NCBI GenBank assembly: GCA_028819235.1
Contig: JAPPMC010000191.1
Span: forward strand, 75,957 to 139,956
DNA: 64,000 bases
Reading direction: 5' to 3'
Source of the DNA: Bryobacterales bacterium
GTDB lineage: Bacteria; Acidobacteriota; Terriglobia; Bryobacterales; UBA6623
Below the pieces are notes generated by a model. The model did not search any database, was not told where the DNA came from, and saw nothing but the letters and a program-made list of their open reading frames with translations. A program made the translations under genes and the position numbers. Below, in pieces: positions 36,554 to 45,388 of this stretch; within the stretch, counting starts at the first letter, position 1; the number at the start of each line of letters is the position of its first letter.

Positions 36554-37630
36554 ATGACACGGTTCGGCCTGCTATTGCAGTTCGGTGCGCTGGTGGTCGC
36601 GCAACTTGCGGCACAAGGACAGCCTGCAGGGGGCCGCCTCAACGGACGTGACGCAGCTCTGCTCAACGAGCGCATTGCCGGACTCATGGAAGCAACGACC
36701 ATCGTGATTCCAGAACTTGCCCGGGCCGGTGAGCCCCTGTCGGAGAATTTCCGCCACGGCATCCGGACACTCGAGACTGCCCAGAGCCGCGATCACACCG
36801 CCGTGCTGTACACGATGATGACCAACGCGCGTGCATACCTGCAGCTGTCGGACATCCTGCCTGCGTCCGAAGAATTCGGCGAGGACATCCGCCGCCAGCT
36901 GTCCGAGCTGCGGGACGGCATCCGGCGGCTGGACGGTCACTTTCGCGCCACACTCGAGTACCGAGAGTGGCAGGCACTCGGGTCCGACCGGGACAATCTG
37001 GGCCGCTACGAGAATCCGAACTCCCTAGTAGGGCCTCCTGATCCTTCGGCCCCCCGGGTCGTGTTCTTGGGGGATTCCATCACGGACGCTTGGGATCTGA
37101 ACCAGTACTTCCCCGGCAAGCCGTACATCAATCGCGGCATAAGCGGCCAGATCACTGGACAAATGCTCGGACGAATGAAGGCCGACGTGATCGATCTCCA
37201 GCCAAGAGTCGTTGTCCTGCTCGGCGGGACCAACGACTTGGCGCGCGGTGTCCCGAACAAGGCGATCCGCCACAATGCGGAGATGATCGGCACGCTCGCC
37301 GAGGCTACAGGAAGCAGGCCGATCCTAGGATCGATCCTGCCTGTGAGCGATTACCACGTGGAAGCAAGTCCTCGCTTTCTCCGGACACCACTCAGGGATC
37401 CGGCGCGGATTCTGTCGCTCAATGACTGGATCCGAGGCCTGTGCGCGTCGAAGGGCTGGTTCTACTTGGACTACCACTCAGCCATGGCGGACGAGTCCGG
37501 GCGGCTGCGCCGAGATCTGGCCGATGACGGCCTTCACCCGAACACGGAAGGCTACAAGGTGATGGCGCCGCTGGTGGAACAAGCCATAGCGTCGGCACTG
37601 GGAGGCCGCCGACGGCGCGGCAGGCGGTGA
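36554..37630 (+). CDS. secreted SGNH/GDSL hydrolase with N-terminal helical domain
   Basis: Signal peptide. Block I VVFLGDSITDAW, block III LLGGTNDL, block V DGLHPN. Confidence 0.8.
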   Translation: MTRFGLLLQFGALVVAQLAAQGQPAGGRLNGRDAALLNERIAGLMEATTIVIPELARAGEPLSENFRHGIRTLETAQSRDHTAVLYTMMTNARAYLQLSDILPASEEFGEDIRRQLSELRDGIRRLDGHFRATLEYREWQALGSDRDNLGRYENPNSLVGPPDPSAPRVVFLGDSITDAWDLNQYFPGKPYINRGISGQITGQMLGRMKADVIDLQPRVVVLLGGTNDLARGVPNKAIRHNAEMIGTLAEATGSRPILGSILPVSDYHVEASPRFLRTPLRDPARILSLNDWIRGLCASKGWFYLDYHSAMADESGRLRRDLADDGLHPNTEGYKVMAPLVEQAIASALGGRRRRGRR

Positions 37631-37700
37631 TGCGGCGGAAGGGCCGGCCCTGCTAAGCTGATTGCGCATCGGAGTTCCACCCTCGGATAGGGCTTTCCCA

Positions 37701-38219
37701 ATGCGCATCTTGGACTTCTTCCGGCCGCCTCCGCGGGAGCGGGCGAAGGTCTCCGAGGATTCCGAAACCATCCGGAGGATCAGCGAGGCGATCGACCAAC
37801 TGCCTCCCGAGCGTGCCCGCTACATCGCTGCGTTCGCGTTCATTCTTGGGAGGGTGGCTAACGCCGACCTCGACATCAGCCGGGAAGAAGTCGCTGAGAT
37901 GGAGCGAATGGTCGAGCGCGTTGGAGGGATTCCGGAGGAACAGGCTTCGCTCGTCGTGCAGATCGCGAAGGCACAGCACAAACTGTTCGGAGCCACGGAG
38001 AACTTCTCCATCACACGGGAGTTCGGCCGACTTGCGACCCGAGCCCAAAAACAGGCCCTGCTGCACTGCCTGTACGCTGTCTCGTCTTCCGACCACTCCA
38101 TCAGCGTTCGGGAAGACAACGAGATCCGTGCCATCTGCAAGGAACTCGGCCTGGACCACGCGGAGTTCATCGCGACCCGTTTGGTGTACAAGGAGCACCT
38201 GAGCGTGCTGCAGGGCTGA
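37701..38219 (+). CDS. TerB-like (tellurite resistance TerB family) protein
   Basis: IAAFAFILGRVANADLDISREEVAEMERMV and LLHCLYAVSSSDHSISVREDNEIRAICKELGL resemble the TerB repeat. ATG 37701 is preferred over the TTG at 37662. Confidence 0.65.
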   Translation: MRILDFFRPPPRERAKVSEDSETIRRISEAIDQLPPERARYIAAFAFILGRVANADLDISREEVAEMERMVERVGGIPEEQASLVVQIAKAQHKLFGATENFSITREFGRLATRAQKQALLHCLYAVSSSDHSISVREDNEIRAICKELGLDHAEFIATRLVYKEHLSVLQG

Positions 38220-38266
38220 TCTGGGAAACGTGCTGCGTCCAACTTGGCTAGAGTGAGGGGGAATCC

Positions 38267-38737
38267 GTGGAGATCGCAATATTCGGAGCAGGCTGTTTTT
38301 GGGGTGTCGAGGCGACTTTCGCCCAAGTCGAGGGTGTGCTGTCGACCAGCGTTGGCTACGCCGGTGGCAGCGTGGCAAATCCGACATACCAACAGGTCTG
38401 CCTTGGGGGGACCGGGCACAGCGAGGTCGTGCGGGTCGAGTTTGACCCGGCCAAGGTCAGCTATGAAGCACTGCTCGACGTATTCTGGTCTTGCCACGAT
38501 CCGACGCAGCTGAACCGACAAGGGCCGGACTTCGGGTACCAGTACCGATCTGTGGTCTTCTGTGAAGACGCCAGGCAGTTGGCGGCGGCTGAAGCATCCA
38601 AGGGTGCCGCCGACGCTTCGGGGCGCTACTTGCAGCCGGTCTGTACGGCCATCGAACCGAGCCGCAACTTCTACCTCGCCGAGGAATACCACCAGAAGTA
38701 CCTCGCTAAGAAGGGGCTCGCAGCCTGTCACGCCTGA
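38267..38737 (+). CDS. msrA: peptide-methionine (S)-S-oxide reductase
   Basis: IAIFGAGCFWGVE, GHSEVVRVEFDP, HDPTQLNRQGPDFGYQYRS. Confidence 0.93.
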   Translation: MEIAIFGAGCFWGVEATFAQVEGVLSTSVGYAGGSVANPTYQQVCLGGTGHSEVVRVEFDPAKVSYEALLDVFWSCHDPTQLNRQGPDFGYQYRSVVFCEDARQLAAAEASKGAADASGRYLQPVCTAIEPSRNFYLAEEYHQKYLAKKGLAACHA

Positions 38738-38786
38738 GCCCCTGCGCGCAGCCCGAATCGCCGACCACCTCGCGGTGGAGGCGCCA

Positions 38787-39845
38787 ATGTCACTGATGCT
38801 TGACGAGATCCGGCAGCAGCCGGGTGTATTGGAACGACTGTCGAGGAGGCCGCCGGACGGCCTGGCGCACCTGCGCCGGAGGTTTGCGAGGCGCGGTCCC
38901 GCAATCGCCGTGATCGTCGCCCGCGGCACGTCCGACAATGCCGCTCTGTTCGGCCGGTACCTGTTCGAGGTCGCCCTCGAGTTCCCAACTATGCTGGCGG
39001 CGCCGTCGGTCGCCAACCTTTATGGGAGACTCGCGCTACCTCGGGAAGCCCTCATCATCGGGATTTCGCAATCTGGTGAGTCCACCGACATCAACGGATT
39101 CATGGAGGCTGCCAAGCGGCACGGAGCGCTCTGCGTGGCAATCACCAACAATTCCGGAAGCCCGCTCGCAGCAATGGCGGACGAGGTCCTGCTGACGGAA
39201 GCCGGGGTGGAGCGCAGCGTTGCAGCCACCAAGACGTACACCTCGCAGATGATGGCGCTGTACTGGCTGGCCGTCGCCTTGGGCGCGCCAATCACGGCAC
39301 CTGACCTGCGGGCGGTCGCGCGTGCGTCCAAATCGGCCGTGGAGCGGGAATCCCACATTGCAGCGGTCGTGGAGCACCATCGCAATATCTCTCACGCGGC
39401 GGTGATTGGCAGGGGCGTCAACTACGGCAACGGGCTTGAGCTGGCGCTGAAGCTGATGGAGACCAGCTATGTGGTGGCTTGCGGCTTCGCAGGGGCGGAC
39501 TTTGCGCATGGTCCGATCGCGATGGTCGGCACTGGGTTCCCGGTCTTCGCGTTCTGCCCGCCAGGACCCACGTCAGGCCAGACTTCGGCACTGCTGGATC
39601 GGCTGCGCCAAACCGGCGCTGACACCGTTGCGATCGGCGCCCAGGGCGGACTGGGCGGAGTCAAGGCGCGCCACACGATCGAGGTTGAAGTGCCCGCGCC
39701 GAATACTCCCGGATTGCCGACAGATATTCTGAGCCCAATTCCGTTAGTCATTCCGGGCCAGACCTTCGCCGCGAGGTTGGCCGAAGCCAAGGGCTTGGAT
39801 CCCGACAGGCCACGATCGCTAACCAAGGTCACGAGAACCTTGTGA
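38787..39845 (+). CDS. SIS-domain sugar-phosphate isomerase/deaminase (GlmS C-terminal-like, two SIS domains)
   Basis: GGAGG 6 nt before ATG 38787. MSLMLDEIRQQP, ARGTSDNAA, GISQSGESTD. The track ORF start (38562) overlaps msrA and is rejected. Confidence 0.85.
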   Translation: MSLMLDEIRQQPGVLERLSRRPPDGLAHLRRRFARRGPAIAVIVARGTSDNAALFGRYLFEVALEFPTMLAAPSVANLYGRLALPREALIIGISQSGESTDINGFMEAAKRHGALCVAITNNSGSPLAAMADEVLLTEAGVERSVAATKTYTSQMMALYWLAVALGAPITAPDLRAVARASKSAVERESHIAAVVEHHRNISHAAVIGRGVNYGNGLELALKLMETSYVVACGFAGADFAHGPIAMVGTGFPVFAFCPPGPTSGQTSALLDRLRQTGADTVAIGAQGGLGGVKARHTIEVEVPAPNTPGLPTDILSPIPLVIPGQTFAARLAEAKGLDPDRPRSLTKVTRTL

Positions 39846-40104
39846 TCTGCCAGTCGGTACGAAAGGCGGCTGCGGATGGCCTGCTTACAGTGTGCTTGTG
39901 GTCTGAGGCCCTGAGAACGCCGCCTGGTTGGCGTCAGACCCCTTCCGTGGTGCTCGGCACACCATCAGCGACTCTGTGTGGTGTCCCCCAGAACGCAGGC
40001 CGGATTAGGGTGCTTGTACGCCCCGTGCGCATCGACCCGGGCTACCCGCCCGCCACGCACCTGACTGCACGCATCGACGCCGGACTGAGCCGAAAAGCGG
40101 TCCG

Positions 40105-40380
40105 CTAGATGTCGAGCTTGATGCAGAGCGACTTCAGGAACTCCTGATCTTGTTCCGTCAGGTTCGCGTCCAACGTCTTATGGTTGACCTTTGGCTGGGC
40201 CGTTCCGGGATTCTTGCCGCCACGCTTGCTGAATCCGATCGTGGCCTCAAGCACAAGTAGGGCATCATACCCCTCGGCTCGGAACTCCTTGATCACCTGA
40301 GCGATCGCAGGGGACGTCGAGAGCGACTCGTCGATTGCCCTGACCATGCGCTGAGTGAGGGTGTTCAGACGACTTTCCAC
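40105..40380 (-). CDS. small hypothetical protein (91 aa) in a lower-GC island
   Basis: Clean ORF with balanced composition (MESRLNTLTQRMVRAIDESL...EQDQEFLKSLCIKLDI). It has its own promoter-like element. No family recognised. Confidence 0.5.
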   Translation of the reverse strand: MESRLNTLTQRMVRAIDESLSTSPAIAQVIKEFRAEGYDALLVLEATIGFSKRGGKNPGTAQPKVNHKTLDANLTEQDQEFLKSLCIKLDI

Positions 40381-40446
40381 GGTTCACCGCCTATCTGCGA
40401 CCCGAGCCAAGCACGCTAACTCATCCGGAAGCACAGCCGCACCGTT

Positions 40447-40475
40447 ATTAGACCAAGAAAAGGGTAGAATTGCAA
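40447..40475 (-). promoter_or_regulatory. candidate sigma70-type promoter of the 91-aa ORF
   Basis: On the minus strand: TTGCAA (40475-40470), 17-nt spacer, TCTAAT (40452-40447). About 60 nt upstream of the GTG at 40380. Confidence 0.4.
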
Positions 40476-40636
40476 GCCCGAATTCTGGGCGTCAGTCCCC
40501 AGCAGCCTCCCCATAGCGGCGGACCACCTACCGGATCTCGGAGCCTCGCGAGCGATCAAACTCAAGCCCGTCAAGGCTGTGGAACACTGGGGTCTTGCAC
40601 CGTTGAGATGAGGACGGTGACAATGGGACAAGGCCC

Positions 40637-41437
40637 ATGACGCTGACGGAGAGGACAGAATTGGCGAGGGATCTCGCCGCAGCCGTGGCTGTGAAGACGG
40701 ACACTCCGTGCGCCTGTGACACGGTCACACCAGCGGAGATGGTTCCGTCGGCGGACGCGTGGCCCAGCCCGAATGTCCTCGACGCGATGCTGGCTCGGCC
40801 CGATGCCTCGCGCGGCGAGATCGAGCTCTTCCTGTCCACTTGCCGGGATGGTGGGTTCCGGTCAGCGGGCGTTCCGCCGCGGTGGGCTGCGCTGGGCGTG
40901 TCGGTTCTCGCCGGAAGCCGGACAGCACTAGCTTCATGGATCGCCCACCCTCACGGGGCGTCGCTGACACCGGTCAAGTGTGCCGAGGCAGAATTGCTGC
41001 TGCGGCTCGGCGTCCGCGACCTCTGGATGGTGGCCGACATCGCGTCGCTCCGATCGGGAGACTTGGATTCGGCGTTTGTAGACATACGGGCTGTGGCCCA
41101 GATCGTGGAACACTCCGGCGGCCACCTCACGGTGGCGCTAGAGATCCCGTCACTGGGAGAACGAAGGGGCCGCGAGGCTTGCGCTGTGGCGAAACTCGCC
41201 GGAGCTGGCGCTGTTGCAGTCTCGGCCCCCGACCGCGAAGGAGGGGCGGAATCGCACCATGTGGAGCAGATGCGTCACACAGTTGGCCGAGACATTGAGG
41301 TGGTCGCCTGCGGCGGGATACGGCACGGTTGGCAAGCCCGGGCGCTCATAGACTCGGGTGCCGACCGGATCGGGACCTGCCACTGCGTTTCGCCCGCGCC
41401 AACGGCAGTCACCCTGCAGACGACGGGCCACCCGTGA
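40637..41437 (+). CDS. DeoC/class I aldolase-like TIM-barrel protein, catalytic lysines apparently absent
   Basis: By-eye alignment to DeoC: IAHPHG ~ NFPHG, HLTVALEIPSL ~ LLKVIIETGEL, AGAGAVAVSAP ~ AGADFIKTSTG, EVVACGGIRH ~ GFKPAGGVRT, GADRIGT. Confidence 0.55.
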   Translation: MTLTERTELARDLAAAVAVKTDTPCACDTVTPAEMVPSADAWPSPNVLDAMLARPDASRGEIELFLSTCRDGGFRSAGVPPRWAALGVSVLAGSRTALASWIAHPHGASLTPVKCAEAELLLRLGVRDLWMVADIASLRSGDLDSAFVDIRAVAQIVEHSGGHLTVALEIPSLGERRGREACAVAKLAGAGAVAVSAPDREGGAESHHVEQMRHTVGRDIEVVACGGIRHGWQARALIDSGADRIGTCHCVSPAPTAVTLQTTGHP

Positions 41438-41669
41438 ACCACGTGGTTGGCAGCGAGCTGGCCGATTCCGTGGGGCCTCTCAGACACGCCGTCCGGCCCG
41501 CCGGCCCTGCCTCCGCCGACCCGACAGTGCTCGATGTAGGCAACGCGGGCCAAAGACGCCCCCTGACCTCGGATTCTGCGACCACTGGGAATCTCGGGCT
41601 GCTCACTCGCGGCGGACCCCTCGCTGGCCGGGCGGTGAGCCTTATGAGGTTGGGCATGGAGGCGGAAGC

Positions 41670-42953
41670 GTGAAGCAGAGCTGCGGGCAATGCGACTTTC
41701 CCATCCAGGGATTCCAGTACAGCTCCGATCTGCTGCGCTGCGGAGCCTTCGGGATGGACTCTGTCGCACAGCGTGTGGGGACACCAACGTATGTGTATTC
41801 CGCTGAGGCAATCCGCGAGAACTACCGGACATATTGCCGCGCCCTTAAGGAAATCCCCCACCGAGTCCACTACGCGGTCAAGGCCAACTCATGCCTCGCG
41901 ATCCTGGCGCTGCTGGCCCGAGAGGGTGCTGGCTTTGACATTGTTTCGGGGGGCGAGCTCTATCGGGTTCTGAAGGCCGGAGGTGATCCGCGGGAAGTGG
42001 TGTATTCCGGCGTGGGCAAGACGCGGGCCGAACTGCAGTACGCTTTGCAGTCCGGAGTGGGCACGATTCACTGCGAATCAGAGCCAGAGCTGGCCTTGCT
42101 GCGCGACGTTGCCGCGGAGCTTGGCACTTCACCTGCAGTGGGAATCCGGGTGAACCCCGATATCGACGCGAAGACTCACCCGTACATCGCAACGGGATTG
42201 AGTGAGCACAAGTTCGGCGTTGCTGTCGAGGATGCCGAGGAACTCTATCAGCGAGCGTCGGAGTGGTCTCCGCTCCGCCTATCGAGCATCAGCTGTCATG
42301 TGGGGTCACAGATCCGGGACGTGGCGGTGTTCACCGAAGCGGTCGAGCAGCTGCTCAGCCTGGCGCATAGGCTCCGAAATCGGGGCCTTCCGATTGATGC
42401 TCTGAATCTCGGCGGGGGGCTGGGCATAGGCTATGCGACAGGGGAGCCCAGCACGTCGATCTCCGCATACGGGAAGCTGCTGAGCAGGGCATTGGAGGGT
42501 CAAGACCTCCGGGTCGGGATTGAGCCCGGACGTTCCATCGTCGGTCAAGCGGGCATCTTGCTCTCTCGCGTCCTGTTCCGCAAGCAGTCAGGCCAGAAGA
42601 CGTTCCTCGTAGTGGACGGTGCGATGAACGACCTGGTCCGTCCGGCCTTGTACCAAGCGCACCACGAGATCCTTCCAGTCGCAAGGAGAAGCGCCCGAAG
42701 CGTCCGTTGCGATGTTGTGGGCCCCATCTGCGAGAGCGGGGACTTCTTGGCCGCGGATCGAATGCTCCCGGCGTTCGAGCCCGGAGACCTGCTGGCCGTA
42801 GCGACTGCTGGCGCCTACGGATTCGTCCTCTCGTCCAACTACAACGCCCGGCCTAGGGCAGCCGAGGTGGTGATCGACGGAACAGACATGCGGATTGCTC
42901 GGCGTCGGGAGACGCTCGAAGACCTGATCCGGGGTGAAGAGGCTTGGGAGTAG
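41670..42953 (+). CDS. lysA: diaminopimelate decarboxylase
   Basis: GGAGG 7 nt before GTG 41670. GTPTYVYSAEAIRENY, HYAVKANS (PLP lysine context), EPGRSIVG, GPICESGD. The track ORF start (41358) overlaps the upstream gene. Confidence 0.92.
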   Translation: MKQSCGQCDFPIQGFQYSSDLLRCGAFGMDSVAQRVGTPTYVYSAEAIRENYRTYCRALKEIPHRVHYAVKANSCLAILALLAREGAGFDIVSGGELYRVLKAGGDPREVVYSGVGKTRAELQYALQSGVGTIHCESEPELALLRDVAAELGTSPAVGIRVNPDIDAKTHPYIATGLSEHKFGVAVEDAEELYQRASEWSPLRLSSISCHVGSQIRDVAVFTEAVEQLLSLAHRLRNRGLPIDALNLGGGLGIGYATGEPSTSISAYGKLLSRALEGQDLRVGIEPGRSIVGQAGILLSRVLFRKQSGQKTFLVVDGAMNDLVRPALYQAHHEILPVARRSARSVRCDVVGPICESGDFLAADRMLPAFEPGDLLAVATAGAYGFVLSSNYNARPRAAEVVIDGTDMRIARRRETLEDLIRGEEAWE

Positions 42954-43102
42954 GTGGACCCCAACATGGCGCCCGCCTTCCGAGTGGTCGTCCTTTCGCC
43001 AGCAAGAGCGAGATTTGCACAGAGGGAACCTTGCAGGCAGCCCCGGCTGTGCGTCGTCGCCGCTGTGCCTCAAATGGCGTTTTCGATCACGTCCAAGGGT
43101 GA

Positions 43103-43897
43103 TCAGGAAGCTGGCTCGAACGGCCACTTGGCGGTCGTCGTGTAGCCCCCATCCGCTGCAATCACTTGACCGGTAATGTAGTCCGCCGCGCTGCTCGCGA
43201 GGAAGACCGCCAGACCGGCGATGTCCTCCGGCGTCCCTAGGCGAGGGTTAGCCTGCACCGTCCCGAGCCAGCGCTTCATGAACTCCGGTTGCCACATGTC
43301 CCGATTCAGATCCGTCAGGATGAAGCCGGGGGCGATGCAGTTGACTTGGATGTCGGCGTCGGCCCATTCGGCGGCTAGCACGCGCGTGAGGCCAGCCAGC
43401 GCGCTCTTCGTCATCGCATAGACGGAAACGTAAGGAAGGCCTAGAAGCGACATCAGGCTGCCGATGTTGATGATCTTGCCTCCTTGGCCCCGGGCGACCA
43501 TGCTTGCGCCAACGAGCCGCGTCAGCCGCACGATTCCATGCAGGTTTGTCTGCATGATTCGGTCGTATTCCTCCGACGTATAGTCCTGGAATCTCCGGCG
43601 GACATTGGTCCCCGCCACGTTGACCAATATGTCGACGTGGCCGTAGGCCTCAGCGACCTCATCGATCGACTCGGAACGTGTGACGTCAAGGCGGGCCGCG
43701 TCCGACGACAGTCCGGACCGGCGGAGCGCTTCGGCCTCCGGCTCCAAGACGCCGATTGAGCGCGCGGCAAGCACGACGTGAGCACCTTGCCGCGCCATCG
43801 TTTTTGCGATGGCGAGCCCGATTCCCCGACTTGCGCCGGCGACCAGTGCCGTGCGCCCCGTGAGCGAGAACATGCTCGAAGGGTCCATCGAGGCCAT
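43103..43897 (-). CDS. SDR-family oxidoreductase (gluconate 5-dehydrogenase-like)
   Basis: ALVAGASRGIGLAIA (TGxxxGIG), NVAG, YAMTKSA (YxxxK). ATG 43897 is preferred. The long track ORF (to 44347) overlaps the divergent gene. Confidence 0.9.
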   Translation of the reverse strand: MASMDPSSMFSLTGRTALVAGASRGIGLAIAKTMARQGAHVVLAARSIGVLEPEAEALRRSGLSSDAARLDVTRSESIDEVAEAYGHVDILVNVAGTNVRRRFQDYTSEEYDRIMQTNLHGIVRLTRLVGASMVARGQGGKIINIGSLMSLLGLPYVSVYAMTKSALAGLTRVLAAEWADADIQVNCIAPGFILTDLNRDMWQPEFMKRWLGTVQANPRLGTPEDIAGLAVFLASSAADYITGQVIAADGGYTTTAKWPFEPAS

Positions 43898-43986
43898 CGT
43901 AGCAACGCCACCGCAGCGGCGAGCCTGTCGATACCGCCGGAGTGCGCAGTTGTGGTTCCCCCTCTCGGCGCTACGATGGGCCTGAT

Positions 43987-45366
43987 ATGGCATCGAGCAG
44001 GAAAGACGGAGACGTTGTTGGCGTCCTCCGCGCGATTCTCGGAGACCGCTGCTCGTTGTCGGCGTATGACATTGAGAGCCATTCCCACGACGAGTCGTTC
44101 CATCCGCCAGCGGCACCGGACGCGGTGGCCTTCCCCAAGTCCAATGAGGAAGTCGCCCAGATCGTGCAGGCCTGCGCCGCCCACAAGACTCCCGTGATTC
44201 CGTTCGGTGCCGGCACGGCCGTCGAGGGGCACGTTCAGGCGGTGAACGGTGGTATATCCCTCGATCTGTCCCGGATGGACAGGGTCCTTCAGCTACGCGC
44301 TGACGACCTCGACTGTCGCGTCCAAGCGGGAATCCGAAGGTTGGCACTCAATGAGCATCTCGAGAGGCACGGCCTCTGGCTGCCCATCGATCCTGGGGCC
44401 GACGCCTCAATCGGTGGAATGGCGGCTACGGGGGCGTCGGGCACCACCACGGTGCGCTACGGCACGATCCGCGAGAACGTTCTCGGCCTGACCTGCGTGC
44501 TTGCAGACGGTCGCATAATCACCACCGGAGGTCGTGCGCGCAAGTCATCGGCAGGGTACGACCTGACCAAGCTGATGCTTGGGTCTGAGGGCACGCTATC
44601 GGTGATCACGGAAGTCCAGCTCAAGTTACACCCGCTTCCAGAATCGGTGGCCGCCGCCGTGTGCAGCTTTCCCAGTGTGGGAGCGAGCGTGGAGACGGTA
44701 ATCGAAGTCCTACAGTCCGGCATCCCAGTCGCAAGGTGCGAATTCCTCGATTCGGCGTCGATGCAGGCTGTGAGCGTGTACGCGAAGCTGGACCTTGAAG
44801 TGGCTCCCACCATCTTCTTCGAGTTCCACGGCACACGGGCCAGCGTGGCGGAGCAGGCCGACCTGACGGGCTCCATCGCCGCCGAGCACGGCGGCGGCAG
44901 CTTCCAGTGGGCCACAGAACGCGAGCGTCGGGAGGACCTGTGGCATGCACGACATCACGCCTACTACGCGATCAAGGCACTGCGCCCCGGATCCTACGGG
45001 TGGGTGAGCGACACTTGCGTGCCGATCTCTCAACTCTCCGCCAGCATCGAGCAGGCCCAAGCGGACATTGACGCGGCCGGCCTGACGGCGCCGATCTTGG
45101 GCCACGTAGGAGACGGGAACTACCACGCAATATTCCTGGTCGACCCGAGCGACCAGGCAGAACTGAGCCGTGCCTCCCAGGTCAACAGCCGTATGATCGA
45201 GTCGGCGATCGCTGCGGGCGGAACTTGTACGGGCGAGCACGGGATCGGACTCGGAAAGCTGGACTGGCTTCGCGCCGAGCACGGGGAGGGAGCAGCAGTA
45301 ATGAGGGCTCTGAAGGACGCGCTCGACCCGGCCGGAATCCTGAATCCCGGAAAGGTCCTCGGCTAG
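43987..45366 (+). CDS. FAD-linked oxidase (GlcD / D-lactate dehydrogenase-like)
   Basis: FAD_binding_4-type VAFPKSNEEVAQIVQACAAHKTPVIPFGAGTAVEGH. C-terminal GTCTGEHGIGLGK...LDPAGILNPGKV. Confidence 0.88.
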   Translation: MASSRKDGDVVGVLRAILGDRCSLSAYDIESHSHDESFHPPAAPDAVAFPKSNEEVAQIVQACAAHKTPVIPFGAGTAVEGHVQAVNGGISLDLSRMDRVLQLRADDLDCRVQAGIRRLALNEHLERHGLWLPIDPGADASIGGMAATGASGTTTVRYGTIRENVLGLTCVLADGRIITTGGRARKSSAGYDLTKLMLGSEGTLSVITEVQLKLHPLPESVAAAVCSFPSVGASVETVIEVLQSGIPVARCEFLDSASMQAVSVYAKLDLEVAPTIFFEFHGTRASVAEQADLTGSIAAEHGGGSFQWATERERREDLWHARHHAYYAIKALRPGSYGWVSDTCVPISQLSASIEQAQADIDAAGLTAPILGHVGDGNYHAIFLVDPSDQAELSRASQVNSRMIESAIAAGGTCTGEHGIGLGKLDWLRAEHGEGAAVMRALKDALDPAGILNPGKVLG

Positions 45367-45388
45367 CTCGCGCCTGAGTCGGTCCAGG

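Noticed and set aside
37820-39016. 398-aa minus-strand ORF spanning TerB, msrA and the SIS gene start. Also the extended starts of track ORFs 38562..39845, 41358..42953, 43103..44347 and 34698..35537.
   Set aside because: The minus ORF is antisense to three well-supported genes. The extended starts overlap neighbouring genes, and better internal starts with GGAGG sites or canonical N-termini exist.
39900-39940. CTGAGA-containing hairpin, checked as a possible TPP riboswitch or terminator.
   Set aside because: Other thi-box elements are absent and no thiamine gene is nearby. No U-tract follows, so it is only noted as a GC hairpin.
41438-41669. Spacer upstream of lysA, checked for a lysine (L-box) riboswitch.
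   Set aside because: None of the conserved L-box core strings I remember (AGAGGNGC, GGGGAG, GCCGAAG) occur.
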